A model generated the notes under the pieces. It had not been told where the DNA came from. It saw only the letters and a list, made by a program, of their open reading frames with translations, and did not search any database. Both the position numbers and the translations under genes were made by a program. Positions 10,522 to 22,744 of a DNA stretch of 64,000 nucleotides are shown one piece after another. Numbering within the stretch: the stretch's first letter is position 1; each line of letters starts with the position of its first letter. Source of the DNA: Epithemia pelagica (lineage: Eukaryota > Protista > Bacillariophyta); assembly GCA_946965045.2 (NCBI GenBank), contig OX337233.1, positions 1,612,001 through 1,676,000 on the forward strand. Direction: 5' to 3'.

Positions 10522-12290
10522 CCCTCTGACTTTGAGCCTCCACGGGCTCGACTCTTGGAGTTGAAGCCCAAGGACATAGTAAGATGGATGAAAATGAAAT
10601 CATATGGTACAGAAAATCCGCCTCCTGAAGCAAATCCAACATTTTGCCGGTGTAATTCTCTGCAATTCTGGAAGAAAGCAATATCCTTTTTCATGCCTAA
10701 TAAGATGATGAAATGGGATGAAGTGACTGAACGTGGCAATCCAACAAAGTCACATGAAAAAATTCTTCAATTGCCCTTGTCACCAAGAAAGACACCCGTT
10801 GTCAGGGTTCTCCCTCAAATGCTCGTCGTCCGCTCACAGAAGGTCAGATGCGGCAGACTTTGTGGCTTTTCCGAGAATCCCCCGAAAGTGGAAACATTAG
10901 TCAATATGGCTTACCAGCTTTCATTACTTTCCAAGCCAGTCTAATCAGCAGAATTGACTGTGCATGTTATTGGCAGAAAGCTGTATTTGAGGCCCATGAT
11001 CTCTTCCCGGAGTTTGCCGTAAAATGCCGATTGACATGGTCAAAGAATGTGCATGTAGAAGCGGCGTCGGCAAATTATAATTGGTTCACGGGATCCTGCA
11101 TTTTGTGTTCTTATTGGCCTAGCAGTGTGGCTCGAGAACTCACTCCGTATGTTTTCACATTTTTGAATGACTTCAGTGTTCCAAAGGTGGCAAGAAAGCC
11201 CAGAAATTTATACAGCGGAAGCTACGGCAATTATACAAAGGAGACACATTTGTCAAAGAAAAGGACGGCCTTGTTGGAAGTCACAGTGTCCGCAAGTTTG
11301 TGTTCACACAAGCTCGTCGGTCCGGTGCCCACAAAGATGATGCTGACTACAGAGGTCGATGGAAACAAGACCGCAGAGTTTCAGAGGCTTATCAAGACCC
11401 TGAGCTACCATACATAGACACAATGGTGGCAGGTCCATTATGTGTTGGTGGACCATGCAGTTATAGGATAATGACAAACAGCCCTGTAACCGATGACTGG
11501 ATCCTGTGGCAAGTTTATCATATGGTCAATCACTGGGGTAAATTCTTGGACGTGCACTAACTTGGTTGACTTTTTCCGAGAAACGACAATGGGCAGCTCC
11601 TGCCTTGGTTGATCGTGCTCACAGAGAGTACCAAGTGTTGGTTGGTGGTAATGATGAAATGGTTGCAACAAACCCCATTATTGAAAAAAGACTTCTTGTG
11701 ATCACGGGACAGGATGCAGTGCTCATAATAACAGAGGTTGCAGGTGCAAACAACAACAATCAACAGCAGAGCCAGGGCCATCAAGATGAAAACGTGGATT
11801 TACCAATGCAGCAATGGGACAATGGTGAGGAAGGGGACCATTCAGTACATGGTGGAATGGTTGTTGAGGGTGACCAACCTCCCATGGCTGGACAATTCAG
11901 TCACCAACAGAACCGTCAATTGCTTTTTCCTCTGGTGACTTAGGTGAGCAATCTCAAAGCTGATTATGCTCATGCTGCAGAAGAAATGGAAGCCGAGCGA
12001 CTTGCCATTATGGCTCAATTCAGAATTGTCAACAGCAACTTGCGCCGAATCACCAACCAACCAATCCGCATGCTCAACCGTGCAGCAGTAGCGGCCAGGA
12101 TGGAGCAGGAGTCCAGGCAGCCAATAATAATATGGGTGGAAATGCAGGTATCAGAGTGGCAGCACAATTGCAGCCTACTGAATTGAGCCCAACCCCGCGC
12201 ACACTATACGATCTTTGGGAAGAATGGACAGATGGCATAGGTGACCGGAAACCTGCTTCTCGGTTCAGCAGAGAAGACAGAGGAAGATGT
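10522..12290 (+). pseudogene. CryptonS-like tyrosine recombinase with a C-terminal GCR1_C-like domain, frameshifted
   Basis: WKKAISFFMPN..GNPTKS, ISRID (catalytic Arg region), GSHSVRKF (HxxR, 11282), RGRWK..VSEAY (Tyr), then PRTLYDLWEEWTDGIGDRKPASRF (about 12195-12270). Confidence 0.8.
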
Positions 12291-12608
12291 AAGTAAGGGC
12301 TGGGTGCACCGATCCATCAACATCTAAGTAGGCTCAGTACATTAACCTACGTAGTACTATTTTCATCAGTAACAAGTGGGGCGGATAGTCACATCCAGTC
12401 GCACGTCGTAAACTTGACTCCAAGAGAAAAAGTGCAATCGGGAAGCCATCATTTGACAATGGTGGAAGCCATCACCCCCCTGGTCATAGCTTCCTGGATA
12501 ATTGGGCTTGATTGAATCACTTCTAGAATAAGACTCTTTTTTACTAGAGCAACTGTGGTTTCAATTTGATTCAGTCACTATTGAAAAATGAATGAGTAAG
12601 GAAGGTAT

Positions 12609-14299
12609 TTGGATGACCTCAGGCAGACGAAGCCATTCCAAGACTCCTGGAGGAGTGATGAAGATATCCTTTGTATCCTAAAGCACAAGTATGGTCTAGA
12701 TACTTCAAACACATGTCTTAATACATTCTTTGCAGCAAACTATGGGAATGTTGATTGTGAGATTGGGTTTGACGGCATGTTTCGCCATCGTCACTCCATC
12801 CAGAATGAAGCTGGAAAGAAAGAACGTCACCAATTCTATTTCTTTGCTGGACTGAAAACAAAGAAAAAGAACCCTCCCCATCCACCCTGCCCACCAGATA
12901 TTGTGTTTTGGCAGCGGGCATTTGATGAGAACCAGGTCTACTGTCGGTCCGACCTACCCCGCCGTCGTTCACGACAACAAAATGCAGACGACGACATGAG
13001 TGGCGAGTCCTCTGACAAGCGACTGCTAATGTCCCCGTCACCTCCAGAGATGATTGTTGCTTCGCCACCACCACTTCCTCCCGATGCTGATCCAATGATT
13101 GTTGTATCACCCTCAGAAATATCTGACGACACTGATCCAGTACAACTGCCCAGTGCAATATCACCCAATGCTGGTCTGGCAACGACGCCATCTGCTTCCG
13201 ACAATCCCACGGATTTGATTGTTGGATCATCTGCCGTAATGCTGAATGCTGATCAAACCTGGAACCATGACAAGACGAGGCGTCTATTCAACGTACTCAC
13301 AGGAGCTGTAAAACACCGATTTTTTTGTTCGTGTGGAAAAGCTACAGAATGCCATTGCAACCTGTAGCTTGTCTTCTGTGGTCATTGCAGAAAATGATAC
13401 AGAACATGATGAGATGAGTGTGTGAGATGTGATGCTATTGACAAAGCAATGCCGTCTGTTGTCCACAGCTTACCTCACTGCCATCCAAAATCTCAAAAGA
13501 GGCAACCCCAGTGACTCGTACACCTGGGATCAATGCTGCGAAGAAACATTGAAAAGTGAGAACTGTGATGAGATTTCAGTGCAAACACTCATGAATTGGA
13601 ACATTCAATTTCGCATTAATGAGATGTTTGCGAACCCGATACAACAAAAGGGAGACTGCATTCCAACGGCTTTTCAACAATACCCTCATGGGAGGAAGCA
13701 GATTGCAATGCAATTTCTTGACCATCACCTTGAAGAGCTCTCAACAGATTTTGCTGCCCACTACTTCCGGCATCAATTTATGGCTGACTTGTTGCATTGG
13801 GAGTCGACTGAAGAAAATAAAGATAACCAATCTGAATCAAACCCCAACAGAAGCCCCTTTTTCTGAATTGAATGAAGAAGAAAAACAAATTGAGAGAGAT
13901 GGAATCAAACAAGAAATGGGAATAAAAACAATTACTCTCAACACAACCCGATGCTGGCTGCAATTCCTTGGATATTGCTAGCAGCGGCGTCATAATGTTT
14001 TCCTTTCTGACGGGCATGAAGATGAAGCAAATAAAGAAAGAAGAGATGCATATATTGCTGAGCATGATGATAGGGAAATATACAAATACAGCTGGGCCCA
14101 ACTTACGGATGCAGTGACCAGAGACATTCCAGAGTTGCAAGGCTTACCCTTTCATCCCTACATCGACACAAGCACAAACACAGCTATGAATGAGTATCAT
14201 GTGCAGCAACACAAGCTTCTGCTACACCACCATGTCTCTCCTGCAAATCTCACCATGCATACTATAGCTCCTCGGAATGGAAGTAGGATTTTCGTCTAA
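12609..14299 (+). pseudogene. Degenerate ORF cluster, possibly the N-terminal half of a Tc1/IS630-like transposase
   Basis: Fragmented ORFs with helix-turn-helix-like segments (VQTLMNWN; TTRCWLQFLGY) followed by DGHEDEANKERR. No catalytic triad is visible. Confidence 0.3.
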
Positions 14300-14465
14300 T
14301 TTAGCCTTATATTGCCCACGACGGCCGCGCTCTCACACACGAGCAAGTGCGGAGCAAAAAAAAAGGTAGTGCGGAGCAAAAAAAACAGTCCTGGGAAAAA
14401 AGTGTGACAGTTAATTAGGGGGGGGACTCGGAGGTTATAGAAGCAAGCGACATCCCCTCCTGGTC

Positions 14466-14621
14466 GTGGGGGCACTTGTCGGGGCTATTGACTCCTCGGC
14501 GGGCAATAGCTCCTCATCGTGGACCGCCAAATCCGCTGACGCGGATTTAGAAGGCGGTCCACTTCTCGGAGCTATTGCCCTTCTCGGAGTCAATAGCCCC
14601 CCCCCCCTCGTGCCTCCCCAC
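14466..14621. other. 156-nt GC-rich imperfect palindrome (rod-like hairpin)
   Basis: Nested complementary blocks: GGGGCTATTGACTCC/GGAGTCAATAGCCCC, GGGCAATAGCTCC/GGAGCTATTGCCC, GTGGACCGCC/GGCGGTCCAC, AAATCCGC/GCGGATTT, with loop TGAC. Confidence 0.9.
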
Positions 14622-14814
14622 TCCGCCAAGCGGATGTAGATCTACTACCGTAAATAGCAGAACTTAAGAACCAGCACAAAATGTCCTTTTTTTAGGCAAA
14701 ATGGTTCTTATCTTCCGCACATTAACATTAGGGTGGCCCCTTAAAATCTTGCTCATCTCAACACGTCTCTCCCCTTCATTTTTCGTTAGAGCCGGGCTCA
14801 TCTTTCTGACAATG

Positions 14815-15681
14815 AGTGATGAAGACAGCAATGATGATACTGAAACGTACAATGATGAAGACGAAGAGGGGATAACCAAATCTTGGAAAGGATCGAAACG
14901 CCGCAGAAGATTCTCACTTGGGACCAAAATGAAGATTGTAAAGTCCCTGACAAGGTTGATGACCGGAGAGGGGATGTCGCAACGAAAGGCTGCGGCCAAA
15001 TTCAATGTCACACACAAGCAAGTAATTGAATGGAGAAAACAGTTACCTAAGACAAATGAGAAACGTAATATCAGGGCTAAGGCTTTAGGGGATGGTCGTC
15101 ACTCAGGATTGGATGACATAGAGAATGAAAAATTGAAGTTTATTTTGAGCTATGAGAGCAAGGCATGGGTGTAAGCATTTCAATGGTTGCAGTGAGAGCT
15201 GCCCAATTGAGTGAGACATTCAAGACCAAGTCCTCTTCTGATTAGTATAATGCAGCGCATCGTTTTGTTCGGCGCCACCGATTTGTTCATCGAATTCCTA
15301 CCCATTAGTCTCAAAAACATCCCAGTGAGACTTCAACTGAGGCAACCAACTGGATGCAAGTCATCCGGCCCAAAGTGTTACACAGAAATCAAGACTTTGT
15401 CATAAATATGGATCAAACACCACTTCCTTTCAGCTACGAAAGGAATGTGACATTACCCCAAATAGGAGAGAGTACAGTGCACATGCGCAAATCCACGAGC
15501 GACACAAAACGTGCAACATTTGCCATGACGGTCACAGCATCCGGGAAGGTCCTCAAGCCAATGCTTATTTTCAAGGGAAAATGTCAGGGCCGGATTGTAG
15601 CAAAAGAATTCCCAACATTCCCTGACAGTTGCATTAATGCCTGTCATGAGAATGCTTGGATGGACGAGAAATGTATGTTTT
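14815..15681 (+). pseudogene. pogo-family (HTH + DDE_1) transposase 1, 5' part
   Basis: HTH (MSQRKAAAKFNVTHKQVIEWRKQ), NMDQTPL, TVTASGKVLKPMLIFKG, ENAWMDEKCM. Continues after copia 2. Confidence 0.85.
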
Positions 15682-15730
15682 TGTTAAGATGGTGAACAAA
15701 GCGTTGATATCAAAAGGGAAAAATATAAGA

Positions 15731-17893
15731 TTATTGGTTCTGCTTTCCTTTGACGACGTCAGCCCAACTAGCTTGTTTTCGCATTGTCTTTGTTTCACGA
15801 GTTCTCTGGCGAGCGTCGTTAACGCGCCGGGCGACTATCTCATTACTTTCTTCCGTCTCTTGTGTCTCATTTCCAACACCCCCCACTCCTGAGATCGAGG
15901 GAACCAAGATGTCGCGGAGCTCACGGAAATGGGCCACGTCTCGATGTTCTTTTGTCAGCAAGTTGGCTGGGTTGACTTTCCCAGGGATATGATGCACGGC
16001 GATTTCTTGGTCGCGGATGGCATCTCGAACAGCAATTTCGCGCATGTTAAGATGGCGTAATCGCTTAGTAATAGCCCCTGTACTACTCCAATCAACGGCC
16101 CCTTTGTTGTCGTTGAAGATAGGAATAGGATGGGCAGTGGATGGAAGTAGGTTCATCTCGTCCATCAGATACGTTACTATGTGTTGTCCCTCTTTTGTGG
16201 CCAGATCCATGGATTTGATCTCGGCTTCACATGAGCTTCGACTACATCGCTCCTCCCGTTCCACTTTCCACCAGATGGGACCTCCACAACGGATGATGAT
16301 GGCTCCTTGTATGGACTTACATTCGTCCGAGGTGACGGTTCGCGTTTCTTGTTCTTCTGGCAGTGGCCGAGACGCGTCCTGAGGTCCCCAATTAGAATCG
16401 GTGTAGTTTTCCGGACGAGTGTGTTGAGGTGGTGGAGTAGTGAGAGGCCAGGAAACGTATCCATGGATGGCATTGTCGCTTTTCTGTTGGACGAATTGGA
16501 TTCCATGCTCGGTGGTGCCTCGTAGATATCGGAGGACGTGTTTTGCGGCCTCCATATGACCAGCACTGGGGTTGGTAACGTGCTTGCTCAGGAGCTTGTG
16601 AGCCACGGACAAGTCCGGACGTGTACTGATAGTTGACGAAGTGAGCGCGCCCATTAATGATCGGTATGGTCCAACTAATGGGTTTGTTGTTGCGTCACCC
16701 GTGTGGGGTTCAATCCGATCGATGGGTAGTCCGGAACGGTAGGGTGTGGTAGATGGTACACAAGTATCCATCTGATGTTTCTGAAGCAGCTGTTCGGTGA
16801 ACCCGGGTTGTGAGATGTGCACACTAAGCCCGCCGGACGGTTGTCGCGTCCATTGATACCGGTATCCAAGAAAATACGCAACAGGTCCCATGAAATCAAC
16901 TGTGAGAATGGTACCCAGTGTTTTCTGAAACCAAGCTTCAACATCTGACAACGCACTGAAGTAGATGAAATCATCTACATACACGCCCACGTATATTGCT
17001 GGTTCACCGTCCAGTGGCGTAGCGATGAGCACGCACGGGTCATTCTCACATTTGCGAAATCCCATGTGTTTCACTAACACTTCCACGAATTTGTCGTGCC
17101 AATGCCGGGGGCTGCGTCTAAGGCCGTAGAGCGTTCTCTTGAGTTTTCAATAGGTTCCCGGCTTGCTCAAGGGGCACCCTTTGGGCGGTTGGCAAATTAC
17201 CACTTCCTCTTCGGGGAGCTCTGGTTGACAAAAGACGTTCTTACAGTCGCCTTGTTTGGCAACTCGCCCCAACTCGACGGCAAGGGACAGCAGCAGTCGA
17301 CAACTGGTAGATTGTAGCACGGGGGCATAGCGGTCCGAGTTGGTCCAGACTCGCTCCTCAAGATTTCCAAGAACCACGATTCGGCTTTTAGCCCGATATG
17401 GGTTTCCAAGCTCGTCCGGCTTGACAGTGAAAATATTCATCGTCGGTATGGCCACGAAGCCTGCTTCTATGTAACGAGCGTAGGTCTTGGCGTCGATTTG
17501 ATCGAAGACGTCCATCTTCACTAGGCTTCCGTGTTCCTCTCCGTAGGACTCGTTCCAGATAGCCTGATCGTTGGCGCTCAGTTTTGGGACATGTATCAGA
17601 GTCACGGGTGCTTTGGGTACGTCTAGCTTGGAGGCTGAAACGAATCTACCCTTGATTGCTTGTTGCATGCTCAGGGTCCAACCTGGAATGAGTGGTCCAT
17701 CTTGCAGTTGGTCACGATAATCGTGAGGTAGCTCTGGCATTTCAACGATCAATCGTTGATTGTCATGTACCTTGTCTCGACTAACGAATTCCCAAACATC
17801 CTCCCGCGACAGTCGTAACTCCCCTTGAACGTACACAATTTCTTCGACTTGTAGAGTTACCGCTTCGTCAGTTCGCATCCACGTGGGTGACAA
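15731..17893 (-). pseudogene. pol: RT and RNase H of copia 2, frameshifted
   Basis: RAKSRIVVLGN, VYVDD, YTDSNWG, SSCEAEIK, KRLRHL, NPANLLTK. The ORF runs into the LTR. Confidence 0.9.
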
Positions 17894-17994
17894 GGGAGCA
17901 TTCTAGATCGTCTGTAGATCCCGGCGGTGACGCGGGTTTGCCCTGCTTGAGTTTGTTCACCCCCCATACTGCATCCCGATCGACTTCGAATAAC

Positions 17995-18950
17995 TCATCC
18001 GTCAGGGGAGAGGTTGGTTGTAGCTTGTAAGTGGGAGTGTCCGTGGTCGGAACTTGGACAACACGGCCTTGGTGTCGGTCGGAGGACCCTGGGACGCGCC
18101 AATATACTGGTATCACGAGCCCACAAGGACAACTGGAGCCCCCCATCATACACGAGGGACGGAAAGGCATCCGCCACACCACGGTCCGAATCCAAAACAT
18201 AATCGGACGACATGGAAAACGACTGGACGTCGGGATTGTAAAAACCAAGGCCATTACAAAAGTTACTGCGGCCTACGGTGATACCCACAAAATTGCGAGC
18301 CTCAAACGTCTTGCGAGAGCGTTTCCCGTCGGTCGGCCGGTGAAAATAACCAAGAGAGCCAAACGGAAAGAGCACACGATAATCCGGGGAGCGGCCTAAA
18401 ACAAGTGAAGAGGAGTAGTGAGATCCTCCCCAGCACGGACCGGCAGCATGTTCATATGGTGAAAGGCCTCCCGGAGGGCCCAAAACCAAAAGATACGCGG
18501 AAGTTTGGCCTCAGCCAAGAAGGGCCGGGCCATCTGCACGCCAGTGCGCCACGTCCGCTCAACTAAGCCGTTAGAAGATTGACGGCGAGGAGCAGCAGAT
18601 CGAACAGAAATACGAAGATCCCGAAAGAAACGAGATAAGCCGCCCCCCAAAAACCGACTATTGAAATCGCATTGAAGGGTGCGAGGAACACCGCCAGCAT
18701 CGACCAGGAACCGCCAAAAGGCGTCTTGGAGATGATCCCCGCTACTGAGATGGCGCAGACCATAGCAAAAGACCAACCGAGTAGCACTGTCCATCAAGGT
18801 TAAACAATAGTTATAACCACCAGGGGACGTGCCCGAACCGTAGCCAATGTCCATGCCAACCACATCCAGCGGACGACGGGCCCGAGAACGCGACCCACCA
18901 CGGCGACGTTGATCAATAGTAGTGAAATCGCCAACAGTTAGGTTCGTCAC
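17995..18950 (-). pseudogene. Integrase of copia 2
   Basis: VGMDIGYG, LQCDF, SNGLVERTW, FPFGSLGYF. No protease motif is seen between gag and integrase. Confidence 0.85.
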
Positions 18951-21224
18951 TAGTCACCGTTTCAACGACAGGAGTGGGTTCCTGGACACGACGAGCGGAG
19001 CTGGCTTCTTCACTGGAGGACGACTGGGACACCCGACGACCATTATTTGGATATGAGGACTGGCGACCTTCGGGATTCAGGACACTGTCCTTCTCGTAGT
19101 CATAACTCAAGGTGAACCCGCAGTCCTTCAGGATAGGGCACTTCCAAGTGGGGTGGATCCCACGCCCCCCTTTCTTGTTACCCTTTCGGGTGATCCGACA
19201 CATCAGACACTTGTATTCCTTGTGTTGTTGCTTGGCTTCGTCTGGAGTCAAAGTAGCACCAACCGACGTATAACTATCGTCGTCACCGTCAACGACACCA
19301 GACCGTCGTCCCTTGGCCACAGGTGCACTGTGCTTCCCATCCAGAACCTCCATTGTGATCCGAGACTTATAACAATTTTCACGGAACTCTTGGTGCATCG
19401 ATATAAACATCTCTTGGGTAGTCATGTTAAACAAGTCCAAACGATTGCACTTAAATTCTTCTTCCAATGTCTTCATAGCATGTCCATATGGTCCTTTGAC
19501 GACCAAGTAATAGAACCTAACCCGAAACTGGAGGTCGGTCATAGTGTAGTTGTGTGTCTCCAATCGTGCCCGTGCCTCCTTTGCACGGCGATAAAACGTC
19601 GTCAGATCTTCTTTGTTCCGATGACTCAACCGATTCCAGGTATCAAAATCATGGAAGAACGAGCTTGTTGTGGTTGGGTATGCTATGGCACGTAGTCACG
19701 CCAGCAGTTGGATTCCATCCCCGTACGAGTTTGTCGATTGTAAGTCGGACAAGACTCCCAGTGCAACCGGGTTACGCTTACTCTGAATGGAAATCACCAA
19801 ATGGTAGTGTAACTGCTGGGAGATGAGGCGATCTTGGGCGTTGTCCGGCGTTTGTGTGAGACCTGGTATGGTGGAACCGTCCTGCAAATGCTAATGTGGC
19901 ATATGCAGGATATTGCGAACCGACTCATAGTATTGGTCGAATAGCTCCCCACTAAAGGCAGTTGACGGGTACTCTGGAAAGCCTTTCTGTTCTCGGAGCA
20001 GTTTCGACTCTGGGGTCTCGGTACGCCCTGACTGACTCGAAAGAGGAGGGGACTCACCCCCCAAACCGACGACACCAGAAGGAGAACCACTGGGATCCAA
20101 GGAGTGGACAACGTGAGCAATCGTGGCAGGAGGGACGTGCTCAGCGAGGGTGGCGGCTTCCAAACGTTGAGCCAACGACGCGGGACGCGAAGGAGGAGAG
20201 GGCACCACGGCACTGGGCGCTGGACTCAAAGGGGGAAGCGGGGTAGGAGCAGGAGGGGGCCACGGACCACGCGTGAAAGGTACGGACGCCGCAGGAGGAA
20301 AGGGACCACGGGGAGCAGTACTCAATCGAGGATCCCAGCCCAAGTAATGAATGGCGGCAGAGTAGGTTGATGCACCGGCATATTCAGGGCTTTCACCCGT
20401 ATGATCACGGAAATTCGCAATGCGGACCCAAGCATCGCCCCACGACGTGTATATGCCCGGGTTCCACCCACGACGAACCACATAAAAGTTCTTATGGGAT
20501 TGTTGAGAGGCACGATCGGGGGTGAGCAACCCCATGGTAATCGGCCTTAACAACAATACCAGTCGACATCGCCGAGGAAGTCACTTGATGCCGAACATAG
20601 ATCTCATTCGCGGTCATAGTAATAGGGATAGATGGGATAGGACCGTGTGGTGAAGTTGGAGTCGGCATGCTAGGATGATCGGGAGAAGTGTCACGTCGTG
20701 AGGTGATGATTTCGGTAGAAATGTCCTCGGGGCTAGACGGGGCCCGACCAGGGAGAAGACTCCCCCCCGGGAGAGATGTCGGCATCATACAACGCTTCTT
20801 CAGCCGCTTCGACCGTGTCGACAAGACTGCCATAAGAGCGATGCACCGATTGATCACCGCCGCCTAAAATGACTTCTCGAGAATAGGGGCTGTAGGCACT
20901 CAAGGGGTCATGGGACGACGAAAATGAAGCTTCAGGATCAGGTCGGTGTCGGTCGGGTGGGGACAGTGACGTTGGTGCCACGCCGACGGATTCTGTGACC
21001 TGAGGGAGGTACTGCCGGGAGGGTGGTGGATCCGCAGTCTCGTATTGACGGTGGTCTGCAGTAGACAAAACATCGCCGATCTCACTGGACTCGATTGATT
21101 CAGGGGGAGTCGATGGGCGCAGGTTGAGTTGTTGTAGCATCCGCCTGAAAGGAGTACGGAGGAGACGCGTCTGCGACAAGAAACCCGGCGGATCGCTGTT
21201 GCTGGTATCACTGGAGGATACCAT
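18913..21224 (-). pseudogene. gag: Gag region of copia 2, including an RNase H1 N-terminal (Cauli_VI-like) domain
   Basis: CLMC..H..WKC knuckle in 18913-19629. KNFYVVRRGWNPGIYTSW motif in 19891-20556. Pro/Ser-rich N-terminal ORF at 20733-21224. Confidence 0.7.
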
Positions 21225-21494
21225 GAAACCTGATGACCCTGTTGGGGCTTTGTTCCCAAGGATGGGAGGAACGTTAAAGCAGTCGGACTCAGTAGCCTGT
21301 TAAGATGGTGAACAAAGCGTTGATATCAAAAGGGAAAATTATAAGATTATTGTTTCTGCTTTCCTTTGACGACGTCAGCCCAACTAACTTGTTTTTGCAT
21401 TGTCTTTGTTTCACAAGTTCTCAAACGAGCGTTGTTGACGCGCCGGGCGACTGTCTCATTACTTTCTTCCGGCTCTTGTGTCTCATTTCCAACA

Positions 21495-22023
21495 GTTGGA
21501 CTGGGTGCAAAAAATACTCCAACCATACATTGATGGAGCTCCTCCTGGTGTCATTCCAATTCTGTTTTTGGACTCATATTGTTGCCATATGATGGAGTCT
21601 GTTGTTGTGCGTATACAAGAGCTGGGTGTTGAGCAGGTAGAACACATCCCTGGTGGTTGTACGTACCTCTGCCAACCAGTGGACGTCGGGGTGAACAAAC
21701 CATTCAAGGCAAGGATTCGTCAAGAATGGGAGAATCATATGGTTGCTCAAGGTCTTAACTATGAAGCCACTCCATCACCAAAACGCATTGACATTGTGAA
21801 CTGGGCAATCAAAGGACTGGAAAATCTCAGTGAAGAGATCATTTGCAATGCATGGAGGAGTTCTGAGTATACGTGGTTTCCAGCAGCATGTACTGAAGCT
21901 CCTACCACAAACACAGATGGTGTTGCTTTACCAGACTCAAGTTCTGATGATTCAGGTGATGAGATTTTGTTCCCACCCGCTGAACCCCTGGTGGTAAACA
22001 CAAGAGGCAGTTGCTGCAGATGA
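21495..22023 (+). pseudogene. pogo transposase 1, 3' part
   Basis: ILFLDSY, IPGGCTYLCQPVDVGVNKPFK, ICNAWR. Confidence 0.88.
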
Positions 22024-22119
22024 TGCTGTGGATTACTCGGACTCTGATGAATCTGAGGTCTTAATTGCACCCTCCAAAGTATAAGAAGAAATTCAATTCA
22101 TACACTCTAATGTATTTTC

Positions 22120-22665
22120 TTAGGTACTATTCGAATTACTTTTGTCCGTAGGTGTGTTGCTGCGTTTGGTACGGGGTGAACGAACAATATCAAATGCAGG
22201 TGTATCCGACACACGACGCTTCTGTGCTGGAGTTCGGAAAGTTGACGCAATATCCTTTTTGTTTCCAGGAGGAGGTGGAGCAAGAGGTGTTGAAATGATG
22301 GCCGCAAGAGCGCATCCTTTATTCTTGAGATCCTTTTTCCGTTTCGTCAGACTTTCTCTGTCTTCTGGGTCGTACACTTCTGTAACCTGGCAGAGGACAC
22401 CTTGGTATGATCGCCAATGCTTGATAAGATGCCGAGGAAGGAAGCCAACACGACAACAATCAATTCCGTCTGTCACCCAAACAGCCTCGATGGCTGTTTC
22501 TTCCTTTTTGTCATCATTGACAATCTGGACCTTCCTGAGACGCAACATAACATCATCTGCAACTACAGTGCCACAACAGTTGGTATGCTGCGTACAGTTC
22601 CGTCCACGTGAACCACTGTTTATCCCAAGAATCTCTACTACCTGCCCTGACGGTTAGAACGACAT
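22120..22665 (-). pseudogene. Convergent second ORF of pogo 1, HIRAN-like (one premature TAA at codon 4)
   Basis: MSF*PSGQVVEILG..GRNCTQH..LRLRKVQ..AIEAVW..CRVGFLPRH. A homologous ORF lies at 52952-53390. Confidence 0.6.
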
Positions 22666-22744
22666 TGTGTTGGTGGCGGAGGAGAGTAATGGCTGACCAG
22701 AGTCTTGCTTGCATTGGGGGGGGGTTTGCATTGGGGGGTGGTGC

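Larger units (their letters stand above)
15682..21494 (-). mobile_element. Ty1/copia LTR retrotransposon 2, internally deleted and older, inserted into pogo 1
   Basis: 197-bp LTRs at 15682-15878 and 21298-21494 with roughly a dozen differences, PPT (ggagtgggggg on the minus strand), imperfect TSD gtttt/gttgg. The pogo frame rejoins as EKCM-LDWVQKILQPY. Confidence 0.9.

Noticed and set aside
14643-14700. Complete pogo 1 with paired TIRs
   Set aside because: A plausible left end (TA-CCGTAAATAGC..) is present, but no matching right TIR was found; the region past 22745 is non-LTR sequence.
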